NCBI GenBank assembly: GCA_965153285.1
Contig: OZ229115.1
Length of the DNA stretch: 64,000 nt
Source: Podarcis tiliguerta
Lineage: Eukaryota
Reading direction: 5' to 3' (one strand)
Shown here: piece after piece, positions 37,536 through 49,450 of the stretch
Position numbering within the stretch: position 1 is the first letter of the stretch
Layout: every line of letters begins with the position of its first letter
Notes under the pieces: model-generated
The model's database searches: none
What the model saw: only the letters and a program-made list of their open reading frames with translations
Told to the model about the DNA's origin: nothing
Translations under genes and position numbers: made by a program

Positions 37536-40500
37536 ATGGCAGGAGTCGCGCGGGTCCCAAAGGAACCGTTGGACCCAGTAAGCCAGAACAAGATCTTCTG
37601 TGAGACGGTCCGGAAGGAGCTACGATGCCAGCGCCTGCAGACGGAATACGCGATGAACCCCCTGATGACGGGTACGGGGGTACCGGGAGAGACTTCCCCC
37701 CTTCTCATGGGCAGACGGAGCTTCCCAGTTAGGTCTAAGGGGGTCCTCTGGCTCTTGACTCCAGCTGGCTCTAGTTTCCCTCTTTCCACGAATGAACGGT
37801 GTTTGGGTGCAAACAAAACTTGCTGCAAACTAAAACAAAGAACCCCAACCACTACCACCACCAGAGGGGTTTGTGGCACTTTAAAGAGTGTGATCCACTG
37901 GTCTGTGGTACACACACACCTATGTAAAGGAAGGAAAGTTTTAGGTTGGAAACAAGGAACAAAGGAATGCAAAAGCAGTATTTGTAGTTGAATTAGAGCT
38001 TAAAGGTATGCAGACTGACCCTCACACCAATAGCAATTTGTGTTATCACATAAAGTGCACCTTAAATGCCCAAGCTGCAATATGAGTGGTTAGATCTCCA
38101 TAGGATCAGAGCCGTTTAGAGGTGCAATAACTAAAGGGGAGGAGCTGTAGCTCAGTGCATGTGGAAGATCTCAAGTTCAGCCCTCAGCATCTCTAGGTGA
38201 GGCTGGGAGAAAATCCTGCCTGAAATCCTGGAGAGCTGTTGCCAGCTGGTGTGGACAATACTGTGTTACATGGACCAATAGTCTCACTCGGTATAAGCTT
38301 CCTATATTCCTAAACCACATTCTCAGTGCCAAACTGAATTCAGGAGGGATTCATAGAATAGAGCCATTTGTTGGAAACAACTATGCAGTTTTCTGTGTAC
38401 CTGGATTTGCAATCCTAAAACTCAATCAAGAAGACTTACGAAGAGCCATTTCATAAACACATCAAAAAAGCTTGTTACAATATCCTTTTGCCTCCACATA
38501 CTAAGGATATGTTCACATTACTGCTTTCTCCCCAATCCAGGGCACCCACTACTTTTTGAAGCTGCATTCACACGATGTTAGCCAATCCATACTGATCTTG
38601 TACTTTGACAAATACTATTGTTTGATGCATTTCCCAGCCCCCCTCCCAAATTAGCTTTAATCTGGCTGGAAAACTGAATGGGGAGTAAACAGCAATGTGA
38701 ACATTTGAGACAGCTATCTCACATGCCCAGGTGAGCATACTTATACAGATGACAGCTTCATGAATAGGAGTTGGAAGGTGGGGATTGCAGGGGCAAGGAA
38801 TCAAAAAGATCTCACATGCGGGAAGACAACCCCGCCCTGTCTCCGATGTGAACACTGCTGTGCAAATGCAGATTGAACCACAGCAGCAGGGGCAATGGCC
38901 TTGCTACATTTTAAGCCACTAACGTAAACATACACTAACAGGCCTACCCCTCTGGAAACTAACATATTACACAAATCTCTCTCCAATAGTTTTGATCCCA
39001 AGTGCCAGTCTTTTCCTCTAAAATGATGCATTGGCTTTGTAGTGTCTCCCATGCCTATCTGTGGGACCCCCAAAAGTTATGGAACAGTTGTCCCCCAAAT
39101 ATCCTAGTGGTTCTTTGAAAACCTGCATTTAAGAAAAAGGCCTAAATTCCTGCCAAAGACGGGTGGTGTGGGGAAAGAAGAATGATAAATTTCTAAGCTT
39201 TGTTAGTTTTCCTCTGCCCTTGCTTAAGGTTATTTAGTGATTAATTTGCCTTATTTTGCTTTTACCTTTAGTTTACACCATAACTCGAAAGCCTACCTCT
39301 TGGCATGATAACTTAGAAGAACCTGCAGATGGTAAGCACATGCTTTTAAACAGTTACATTTAAGTTAGTGAAACAGAGAGGAGTCATTTATGAAATGTTT
39401 TCCAGCATGAATCAAAGCAGGCAAAGTATGTAGCACCATACTGAAGTCTAAACGTCAAACTTCACTCTTTCTCCCTCTGTAAACCAAAAAGCATTATACT
39501 ATACAATCTGCAGTGAAATGTGGCAAGAGACAGCTGATAGCTCCAATTTTTGTATTTCTTGGATCTTTTATTGGATCAATTCCTTTCCATGTATGTTGGA
39601 GTGCTGAAACTTTCAAGTTAAGAAAAAAGTCACTGCCATTATGTTTTCTTCTTAATGATATATTTTTGCAAATAAATATTTAAAAGCACAAGCTTCAATA
39701 TTCAAAGCAACAAACCCCAACTTACCTAGCCACACAGTGATACTATCAAATTTGACTTCCAACTTAATATTATTTCACTAGATTAGTTCCCATTTCATCT
39801 TTTTAATTCTTTACCTTTCTAAGGGTTCTGAGAGACCTAAATGGTGCTTGTTATGTTGAAATGCCTTTATCCAGGATATTGGTTTCAGGATGGACACTGG
39901 TTTGTGGCCTTTTTGTAACTTGAATTCTTGCCAGCAAATACTGTTCTAATATAGTTAAGCCTTTTGGGACAACAATGAAGTTAACCTAAGGCCAGTGACA
40001 GCTAACCTTTTTGGAAGGGTAAAATGTAGAGCAGCCAAGAGGACATGTCTTTGGGAACTGAGATTTTCTGAAACTTCTATTAAATTATACAAAATACTGT
40101 AGTCATCTCATTTTACCAGAACAATGCAGGCCTCCTGTCTGCCTTAGAGAAGATGTGAACTTCACTGAAAATCTTTTCCAAGCTTCATTCTCCTGTCATG
40201 CATCTACAGAGCGAGAGCATGGCAGCATAGGCATCAGCATGCAGTTGCTATACTCTGTGCAGAAGAGCAGTGCCTGGAAATCTAGAATTAGGGCAAGGGT
40301 ACAAGACGTACTGGAAATACAGTGGTACCTTGGGTTAAGTACTTAATTCGTTCCGGAGGTCTGTTCTTAACCTGAAACTGTTCTTAACCTGAAGTACCAC
40401 TTTAGCTAATGGGGCCTGCTACTGCTGCCGCGCCGCTGGAGCACGATTTCTGTTCTCATCCTGAAGCAAAGTTATTAACCCGAGGTACTATTTCTGGGTT

Positions 40501-41812
40501 AGCGGAGTCTGTAACCTGAAGCGTATGTGACATGAAGCGTATGTAACCCGAGGTACCACTGTGTTAGGAAACAAGTTTCGTTACGTAAATTAGGCCCGAG
40601 TGAAATTGAAAGAAACAAGACAAAGCCATAACACAAGCTAAGAGTGTGTTCTTCAGAAGGATTTAGTACCTGCTATCCCAGCCTTCACAAAGCTCATGCC
40701 CTCTAGCTGTTTTGAATGACAACTCTTCATCAGCTCGAACCAGGACAATTGTACTGGCTGGGGCTGATGGAAGTTGTGGTCCCAAGCATCTAGAGGGCAC
40801 CAGGTTGCCAAAGGGTGGGATATCCTATTCTATGACCTTGTCATTAAATACAAAGAAAATTCAATTGCATTTTTACTAGGTTTGCCAGTGTTTTTAGATA
40901 TTTGACACACACAGAACGAAAGATACCAGCTTTTTTGCAATGCTGCTCACAGAACAGGCAAAGCAGCTGTCATTCCTCATTCACAGCAGGAACCAACAGC
41001 ATGTTAAACTCCTCTAACATTTTTTGAGGGGGTGGGTGGTGGGCATTATTGGTATATGATTAATTTTGTTGTATCGGTTTGTTGTTGTTTGATGCAAGCC
41101 AACTTGAGAGAATTGACCATGAAAGGCAGCATATGCATTGTGAAATAAATGAAGTATGTAAAAACTTCAGGTGCAAGCTAATAAGTTATGCAAGCAGAAC
41201 AAACATTGAAATCGATAGTGTATAAGCATTTAACAGAGCACTGTAGCATCATCACATCTAAAAATTTCAGTGCAATCTAAGTGCCTTGCACCCAGTCTAC
41301 ACTAAGCAAGTCTCACTGCCAATGCTTTAACCCTATAGCTAAGTTCCTGAAACTAATTCATCATGCTGCACTTGAACCAAACAAGAAATACACAGAACCA
41401 CAAACAGAAAGCCAAGAAATCGGCTGGTTTTCCACACCTTTGGTAAGTGGGTTTTTAAGGAGCTTCTGGGGAAGTGTGTGTAGTTGACTGGCATTTTAAG
41501 AATCCAGACTTTACAGGAAAATAATTTTAAGCTGTTATAGCTATGGAGAAAGCTTTGAAAGTTTGTAGGGAGTACCTGGTTGGCTATCAGAATCTAGACA
41601 TTTTACCAAATGGGGAGATAGTTTGGGGAAAATATTCAAATCCTAGCTCCTCCCTTATGCCAAATGTTCTTATACTATGGTAATATTCTCCTTCACAGAT
41701 CAGTGTAAACCGGAATGACAACAGGCTATACTTCCCAAGTCGGAGCACTGAAATCACCAGATATATGGCTGCTATGTGGCGCCTGAAGGGGATGACAAAA
41801 GATAAGCGATAA
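37536..41812 (+). CDS. CFAP144: Cilia- and flagella-associated protein 144 (FAM183A), 4 exons, ~137 aa
   Basis: Exons 37536-37671, 39272-39331, 41339-41442, 41699-41812 (414 nt open). [68 protein letters not shown] at 41985-41990. It lies next to EBNA1BP2, as in human. Confidence 0.93.
38136..38312 (+). mobile_element. Squam3-like tRNA-derived SINE
   Basis: gctgtagctcagtg..cctgcctgaaatcctggagagctg..ggtataagcttcctat. Confidence 0.7.
40320..40561. mobile_element. Tc1/mariner-type MITE
   Basis: TIRs CAGTGGTACCT...AGGTACCACTG; TA on the left flank, TG (probably mutated TA) on the right. Confidence 0.88.
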
Positions 41813-42628
41813 AGGAACACAGCATTGCAGGACTTTAAGGGAAGGACTGTAGACATAAATTTAGGCTTCCAGACTTCCATGGTCTCCATCTTTTAATTAT
41901 TGCAAAGCATAAGACAGAGGCCTGACACAGGGTGCAAGGCAGTGGGTATAGGAAAGTCCTGTGTTATGTGAACATTTAGTATTACAATAAACCTGACCTG
42001 AAACTGCCTGCTAGTCTTTCTGCCACCATATTCATTTTGTACAAGTCATCAGTTTTTATAGTGGGTGGATAGGACAATCTGTTTCTCAACCAGAAGTTGT
42101 GGTATGAGCAGCAACAGTAGTTCATGTGATTGTTTGCTGGTAAATCACCAGCTTCTGCTGTTGAATGGAAGAGGAGGACCCAATGCCCTTAGCAAAGAAA
42201 GTCATAAAGTGGCAGAAATACAAAAGCTGTTGCTTAGTACTCTGCATGCACCACTGCTGGGTGACAAGGAGGAGCACACAGGCTGATGTTATGTACCAAA
42301 AAAATTGAAGGATTTAGTGAGACCCAATGCAAACCAGAAAGGATCTCTCCCAAGCTGACATGGATGATCAAGCTATCAAGACTTTTTAATTCACAATCTT
42401 GCACAAGGAGGATCAAGAAAGACCAAATCAGTATGAAATATAGGCAACCAGAAGCATCTGCTTGTTATTTATGTACGAGAAGTGCATACACCCAGTGTCA
42501 GGCAGTACCACTTGCTGACTCTGAATGGCAATCTGAACGGCTATGTTGTCCAGGTCAGCATCACTTCACGCCAATGTTCCGTAGGGAGTCACACTTCACG
42601 AAGAAGGAAAGGTCACCCATTTTACTTG

Positions 42629-45600
42629 TTATCGGGAACGGTTCTTCATTTTCTGCCTCACCTTCTTGCCAGGCCTCTTCTAAAATGAGATACAAGTTGA
42701 ATGTTATCATTTTACTACCTTAGCTATACTGTACAAGGGAAAGGGTGATGGCAGGGAGGGCGAGGGGGAGTTGTGTACCACAATGGGCTGGTTCACATGT
42801 AATGGCAAGCCAAGCCTTATGGGTTGCTTTTCTGGGTCCAGGCGCAGGGCAGAGTGACTGCTTGTTGCTCATTCACAGAACGCCATGGTTTACTTGTTAC
42901 TGTGGCTTAATGTGAGGTGTGAACCAGCTCAGCAAATGCTCTACTAGCAGCCAGATTACAGCAAGATTTTCCCAGTTGGCAGCTGTTAGCTAATTTTTAT
43001 TTATGCCAGTAGAAGACACGCTGATAAATTTTAATCATTTAATTTATGCACTTATAAATTTAATTTATACCCTCCTTACAAAGCTCACTATAAAAGAAGA
43101 TAGCAATATATAAAGCAATGTAAGTAAAACTCAAACACACGCCCTCAATATAATAAACAGCAGCCATAAATAAATACTAAGAGCCCACTCTAAACCATAA
43201 GAAATGTAGCCTGATTAAAATCCCTCCAAATTATATGAATGCATTGGAAATTTATTATAAGCCACTTCTGTTTATTAACACTAAATGTCTAAATAAAAAC
43301 AATGCATGGTAGGTACTCACATTGGCACCCTTTTTCCCTGCTTTCCCAGGACCCTTGTGGTGGGCCACACTAGCACGGAAGTTGGACGTATCATTGTGAC
43401 TTTCTCGAGTGTTCCATTTTGACCCTTTCTTCTTGCCACCAAAACCAAACTTCTGATTCTTGTAGCGTCGTTTGGCACTCGGTCTGAAAGAAAAACAACC
43501 AGCTAATTACGGCTGGGTACTTAGCCATCTCTCTCCCAATAAACTGGCCGGCTCCACAGCAAACATTTTTATCTTTCTCTCCCTGCCCTCAAAAGGAATT
43601 ATTCCAACTTCAGTACTTTATTATTTTAAGCAGCACCGCACACCCCATCCTGACACTTCACAACCCGCTTCCCACTTTGCCAGACACCTAATGGCAAAGA
43701 CTACTCATTCAGCATCAAACAGAAACACTGGAAGCCAGTAGTCAGTTTGCTTTTTCTGTGCACCCAAACAGCAACAGTTCTAAGGCTGTAGGTCTCAGAC
43801 AGTTCATTCTTACTAGGCTAGTTTAGCTGAAGCGATCAAGCGCTCTGAGGGCATTAGTCTTAGATGTTAGGTATGAAAGAAGTTAAATTTTTATCTTGGG
43901 CTCCAATGCTGTTGGTGTGATGGCAGTGAGATCAACTTGGGATCCAACTGGCCAGCTCAACCCCTCCCCACCTCCAAAACACCATTTTGGAGAATTTCAG
44001 TGACTGTCACCAACAGGCACCTCACTGACAACACCTGTGCACATGCATTTGCAAATGAAAGGGGCAGTGCCACATCAGTGGAATGACATGCCACTCAGTT
44101 GCCATCTGCCATCAGCTAGCAGGAGGCTGCTTTAGCTGAGAGAGCTGGGCAGAGGGACACCTTTGGCCAATCCAACCCCATCGCTGCCGCCTCGCTCCCC
44201 CTCCAGTGCTCTGCTAATGGATCGACTTTTGTTTTTGAAGGACTTAGAACTTAAACACGAAACAAAACAAAACTGATCCAATAAAAGACTTATTCATGGT
44301 AAAGCAAAAGAAATGCAAGTTTTAGTAGACATCCCGGCACTTCACAGGCCTTACCCTTTATTTTTATGCTGGCCTCCAGCCCCTGCCTTCTTTCCCTGAG
44401 TTGCTGGTGCTTTTTCACCTTCCAAGAAGTCCAGCTTGTCTGAAAGACCTGAATAAAAGACAAATGAATAAAATAAAATGAGCTGCATGCCAAGCCAGAA
44501 AAGAAACTCCAGGACAAACACTGCAGGAAGGCTTGCTTTATCACCCAAAGGGGTATATCTATGCACAGGAATATTGTGCAGCATTTAGACCATGGGTAGG
44601 CAAACTAAGGTCAAGGGGCCGGATCCAGCCCAATCGCCTTCTAAATCTGGCCCGCAGATGGTCTGGGAATCAGCATGTTTTTACAGGAGTAGAATATGTC
44701 CTTTTATTTAAAATGCATCTCTGGGTTATTTGTGGGGCATAGGAATTTGTTCATTTCCCCGCCCCCCAAAATATAGTCCGGCCCCCCACAAGTTCTGAGG
44801 GACAGTGGACCGGCCCCCTGCCAAAAAAGTTTGCTGGCCCCTGATTTGGGCTCTCAAGTACTAGATTATAATTTCTATATTTTCTATGCAGCAGTGGCTG
44901 GAGGTATCAACAAGCTTTCCCACAAATCAAGTTCTTGCAACATGGACTACACATAAGCCTTCCTTTAGGTATTCTACTTGCATGCAAAAGCAACACAGGG
45001 ACAGCAGGGCTCTGAATCATGCAGGGAGCTTCCACAACCCAGGAAGCTCTCTGCTTCAGAAGTGTGCTCTCCCAATTTGTGGAGGGACTGTGATGGAGCT
45101 GAGCATACTTATCCCCATGCAAGTGGAATGCCTAAAGCAGGCTACAATTTTCTACTGCTGTAGTACGGGTTGGGGGTGGGAGTAGTGAAGGATAAAGTGG
45201 GAGTGGAGTGCCTCACCTTTCTGGTATTTCTTGATTGCATTCAGCATTGTGGATTTCTCCTTCTGCCTCTTCTGCAGCACCTCAGTTTGGACCTACCAAC
45301 AAGAAATAAAAAGTGAGCCTTTCCTTCCACAGTACCTCAGTTCTTTCCAAAATGCTCCCCTTTTTTGCACACAGATGTATCCTTCCGACACCCTAGGAGT
45401 CCTGTTCATGATGTTTCTAGATACTTCTGCCAAAGGATTCCAATGCTGAGATTGCCAATCAAAACAATGGGCGTGTCTTTCCCGCTTCCTCCATTCCAAG
45501 GGGGCTTCTATGTTTTTGACACCATTTTTCTCACCTTTTTGCCGTATTTTCTCAGGGCACGGAGCTGTTTGGCTCTTTCAGACTTTTCCATTGCTTCTTG

Positions 45601-48600
45601 TTTACTCTTCAGCTTATGCCGAATCTAATTGAGAGAGAGCAACCGATGTGCTTTTTATGCAGATGAAGGCAGGTTCCCTGAATTTGTGATTATGAAAATC
45701 TGCTTGTTTGTGGCAATTATGCTCTTTTTTATTTCAGAAATGAAAACCAAAGCAGCTTAGAGTGTGCTGCACTCCTAAACGTGAATTTTGACAATTGCTT
45801 CAACTGTTTAGGACTACTCAGACTCTATAACTGTTGGGCAAAAGTTGCAGTCTTTCTCCAGCAAGGTCACACAAGGCAAGAAAAAGCATCATGCCAGAAA
45901 CTCATAACCCACCATTATTTGTTGGATACATAATGAATGACCAAAGGGAGAGGTGAGAGCAGATGCACAAATTCACTATTAATACCTCAAAATGCATCCA
46001 TGGCCTTAGATGCATCATTTTGTTAATACAGAAAAAAATGACAGTTCTCTAAAGAGCTTGATAAGGATGTATTGCTGCCAGAGAAGTGCTACAGAATCCA
46101 AGGCTAATTCTTTATTCTGAGGCCCAAGACAATATGCAGCAGGGATGGGAACCTCTGACCCCTAGGCCTGGCACAGGTCCCAACTGAGTCCGCAAGACCT
46201 GTTTCCCTAAACTACACATTTGCCCCACACCCAACGTTGTATGTGACAGCATTATGTTCCACACAAAATCAATCTTCATTATAGTCCCTCTTTCTTAAGT
46301 GTTCAGTACAAACTGAAAATGCCCACAAGCAAGCTTTTTATTAACAAATTTTTAATTAACAATTCATGATCTGTAGCATTATGCACTGAGAAGAACTTTG
46401 CTAGAGCTCTTTTTCTCCATTTGCTGATGCATTACGATGAGGCACCATCAAAATACCAGACCCAATGTGCCACCATTTTGTATATGGCCAGCAACTGTTA
46501 ACACATCCATTATAGCAGCCAGATGAGAAAAGAAGAGGAACCATGCACCTTACCTTCTGCATCTGCTGATCAGATTTTGCCATCTCTGCAAAATAGTCAT
46601 CAGGCCGCCTAGTAGGGATTTTGAACTTATGCAGCCGAGGCAAAGCTTCTAAAACAGATGCTTGTGCTTGACGATAGCTGGGAACACAGGATAATGTATT
46701 AAGATGTTATATGTAAGCAGCCATTGGGCCATTAGTAAATTGTTACTTCTTCCATTGGACAATAAAAAACTTAAACTACTAACATATTGTTCCATTGTGC
46801 ATATGGCTGAAAAAAGCTAAAAGCTCAACACACCACGCTGATAAGAAGCAGCTCTACTTCCTATACACAGACTTACAAGCTCATCTCTCTCTTGAAATCA
46901 TCCTCGGGGTCAACATCATCTTTGTCAAGTGTTTGACTAGAAGCTGCATTTGTGGCAATTGTTTCCAAATGAGAGGTAACATCAAGCCTTTCAATCCAGG
47001 CCAGGTGTTTCTGGAATTCAGACAAGCACTGCTTCAATCCATCCTAGAAAAGAGCATATTAATTGTGCATTAAATGCAACCCAAAATCTTCTACATGATA
47101 ACATGCCAACCAATGCAGAACTAGGAATCTCTCCTCCCCAAACAGACCATGTCCTGATACTCCCACCCCAAAAAGATGCATTGTCTTCTGCTCTCTATCA
47201 AAACAGATGCCAGAGGTTTTTGAGCCTCAAACTCCTCCTAGTGCTTCAGTCTTAACAATGATAACACAAACAGAGGCCAATACAGAATTTCCCTTATAAA
47301 CTTGAAGGAAACTGAATAGCTTAAGGGGTATTATCAGCCTGCAGAACATGGTACCACTCTTATTTTGATAGAGTGTAGTTAAATAAGTGTCAACTTTTTT
47401 TCTTGCCCCACCTCCAGCATGTCTTGATGGTCCAAATGAGTAAAGCATCAAGTTACCATGTAAGTGGTGGATGATGCCCAATCTAAAAGGTGAGATTCAT
47501 CAAGCATGCAGATAAATAAGCCCAAGCCATTCCAAAAAATGAAAAGGACTGTAGATGCCAGGAATTCAGTTTAAAGGTTTAGTTCAGCAGACGGACTGAA
47601 CTGAGTGGCTGAACAATTTTATTCTGGCTAAATGGTATACCCATCCAAAAGAAGCTCAATCTGCCCACACAAATTAATCCCACAAAGGTCATGATCGTAC
47701 AGCACTCACCACGTTGTTGAAAGCTTTCGGCTGTCCCTCTAGCACAACATTTAGGCCTGGCTTGATTGAACCTTTAGAAAATGCGTCTTGGAGCTATATG
47801 GAAGGAAAGTGATAAAATCAGCAGCATCCCAGATTGCTGAAACAGAAGGATGTTAGCTCACCCACCCCAAACCCTTAATAATAGAAACCTTGGAAAAAAG
47901 AAACAAAGAACACAGGAGCACAAGTGAGAGGAAACCTAAAATGAAGCGCTCAAATTGCAAGTGATAAGATAAAGCAGCTCTCTATCTGCCCTATGTAAGC
48001 ATGCTTTGCTTTAGATGCTGAACTGACACTGCACTGTGAACAGGCATTGGTGGCTAGGAGTGTGAGCCGTTAAGATACTAACTCAAATTTCACTCTAGTC
48101 ATAAACCAACTAGGCAAGCCCCCTCGGCTGCTTACTTACAATATGAACAATAATATAGGGCTATTACTTAAAACACCCAAAAATGTATGTGATGTATGAT
48201 GAACCCATGAAATGGGTTGTGGAAGCTCCCAGCACAATTCACTATGGAGAGATGTTCAGTGTTGCCTGGAGTTACACCATCACATGAGCAGCTTTAGCTA
48301 ACATGGATTAGCCCTGCTGTCCCTGTGTTGCTTCTACATGCAAGTAAAGATATTTATATAAGGAAATGCCCTATATAATTTTTGATTTTTAAGGTATAGC
48401 TATTATATAAATATAGTCCTGTCTACAACCTTTGTAAGAAATGAAGTGTAGCCCTCCACGGCAGGCTACAGAGAAATGAGCTAAACATCACCAGCCATAA
48501 CAAATATCCTGCCCACACTCCAGCGCAGCATGATCACAGCACTAAACTTACCTCTCGGTCAGTGACAAGAGACTCTTCCGAATCCGATGACGAGAAGCCT

Positions 48601-48623
48601 TCCTCCATCTCTACGTGAGGCAT
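42629..48623 (-). CDS. EBNA1BP2: rRNA-processing protein EBP2, 9 coding exons, ~306 aa
   Basis: Exons (-): 48623-48552, 47793-47710, 47043-46877, 46677-46554, 45624-45535, 45292-45217, 44448-44355, 43483-43321, 42679-42629 (921 nt open). Motifs TDRELQDAF, WIERLDVT, DDFKREMSFYRQAQ, RRPDDYFAEMAKSD, KFGFGGKKKGSKWNT, KRPGKKVRQKMK. An alternative in-frame ATG lies at 48608. Confidence 0.96.
44591..44843. mobile_element. hAT-type MITE, same family as 17286-17599
   Basis: CATGGGTAGGCAAAC...GTTTGCTGGCCCCTG; shared internal sequence; degenerate TSD ATTTAGAC/ATTTGGGC. Confidence 0.88.
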
Positions 48624-48899
48624 TGCACACTGTGCTTTGGAGTGCCTCGAATCCACCGAGCTACACGAAGAACGGGGGTGGGGGGACACAGAAAGTGCGC
48701 TCCACCTTCAATTTCTCCACTGGAGAGATTGGTATTGCTTCCCCGCCTCCCCGCGGCCAGGCTGGTAAAAGACGGAGAAACGGCATACACTTAAATTCCG
48801 GGAATGCTTCACCTGTTGAACTTCCACCTGCCGCCCCAACACATTCCTAACATTGCATTAAGCCGAACCTGGGGCTTCTTCCCTCCCTAGAAACCGCCT

Positions 48900-49213
48900 T
48901 GCGTTTTATAATCCTGTTCGGAAGGAGCCCCCGCTGTATTCAATAGCGTTTACTCCCACGTAAACCGTACATGCGACTACAGACTTGGTCTTACCACGAG
49001 TCCTCTTCTGGCGGCCCCTTCCACGACTCCAGCCAGACGCTGGTTCAGAAACCACGCGGAACGGCACAAAGCTACTTCCGGTTTCCGTGTATTTCCTCTT
49101 CCGGTTAGAGTGCCCCACCTCCCCCGCCCGCTCGCCATGCGACCAGGACGCCGTCTCCATAGCAACCAGCCTCGACTTCCTTTTTTCCTTTTTTCTGCTC
49201 TTTTTACCTTAAG

Positions 49214-49256
<43 letters not shown>

Positions 49257-49450
49257 CTGGACCCCAGAGGGGAGAGAGGTCTGGGTAGTTAGGGAAGAGC
49301 AAGACCCGGGATCAGCAAGCAAAACGACTTGGCGGGTCGGGGCCCCATCCCTGGGCGCCTGTTGGGGAAGGAGCACGACAGCCCCACCTGGGAAATCTTC
49401 CTGACGCTTCTTTCTCCTTTTCCAGCAAAGTTTGCTGAATCTCTGGCGCC
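48900..49450. promoter_or_regulatory. CpG-rich bidirectional promoter, EBNA1BP2 (-) / CFAP57 (+)
   Basis: ETS/GABP-like ACTTCCGG 49074-49081 and CTTCCGG 49098-49104; X-box GTCTCCATAGCAAC 49153-49166; CpG-dense. Confidence 0.75.
49216..49252. repeat. (GA)n microsatellite in the CFAP57 promoter/5'UTR
   Basis: About 18 GA units, ~200 bp upstream of the ATG. Confidence 0.95.

Noticed and set aside
37169-37972. 267-aa minus-strand ORF
   Set aside because: Antisense to CFAP144 exon 1 and the CpG-rich promoter; no recognisable domain; stop-poor because of GC content.
42680-48550. Intronic snoRNAs in the ribosome-biogenesis gene EBNA1BP2
   Set aside because: No convincing C/D box pair with terminal stem or H/ACA structure seen by eye; an Rfam/Infernal scan would be needed.
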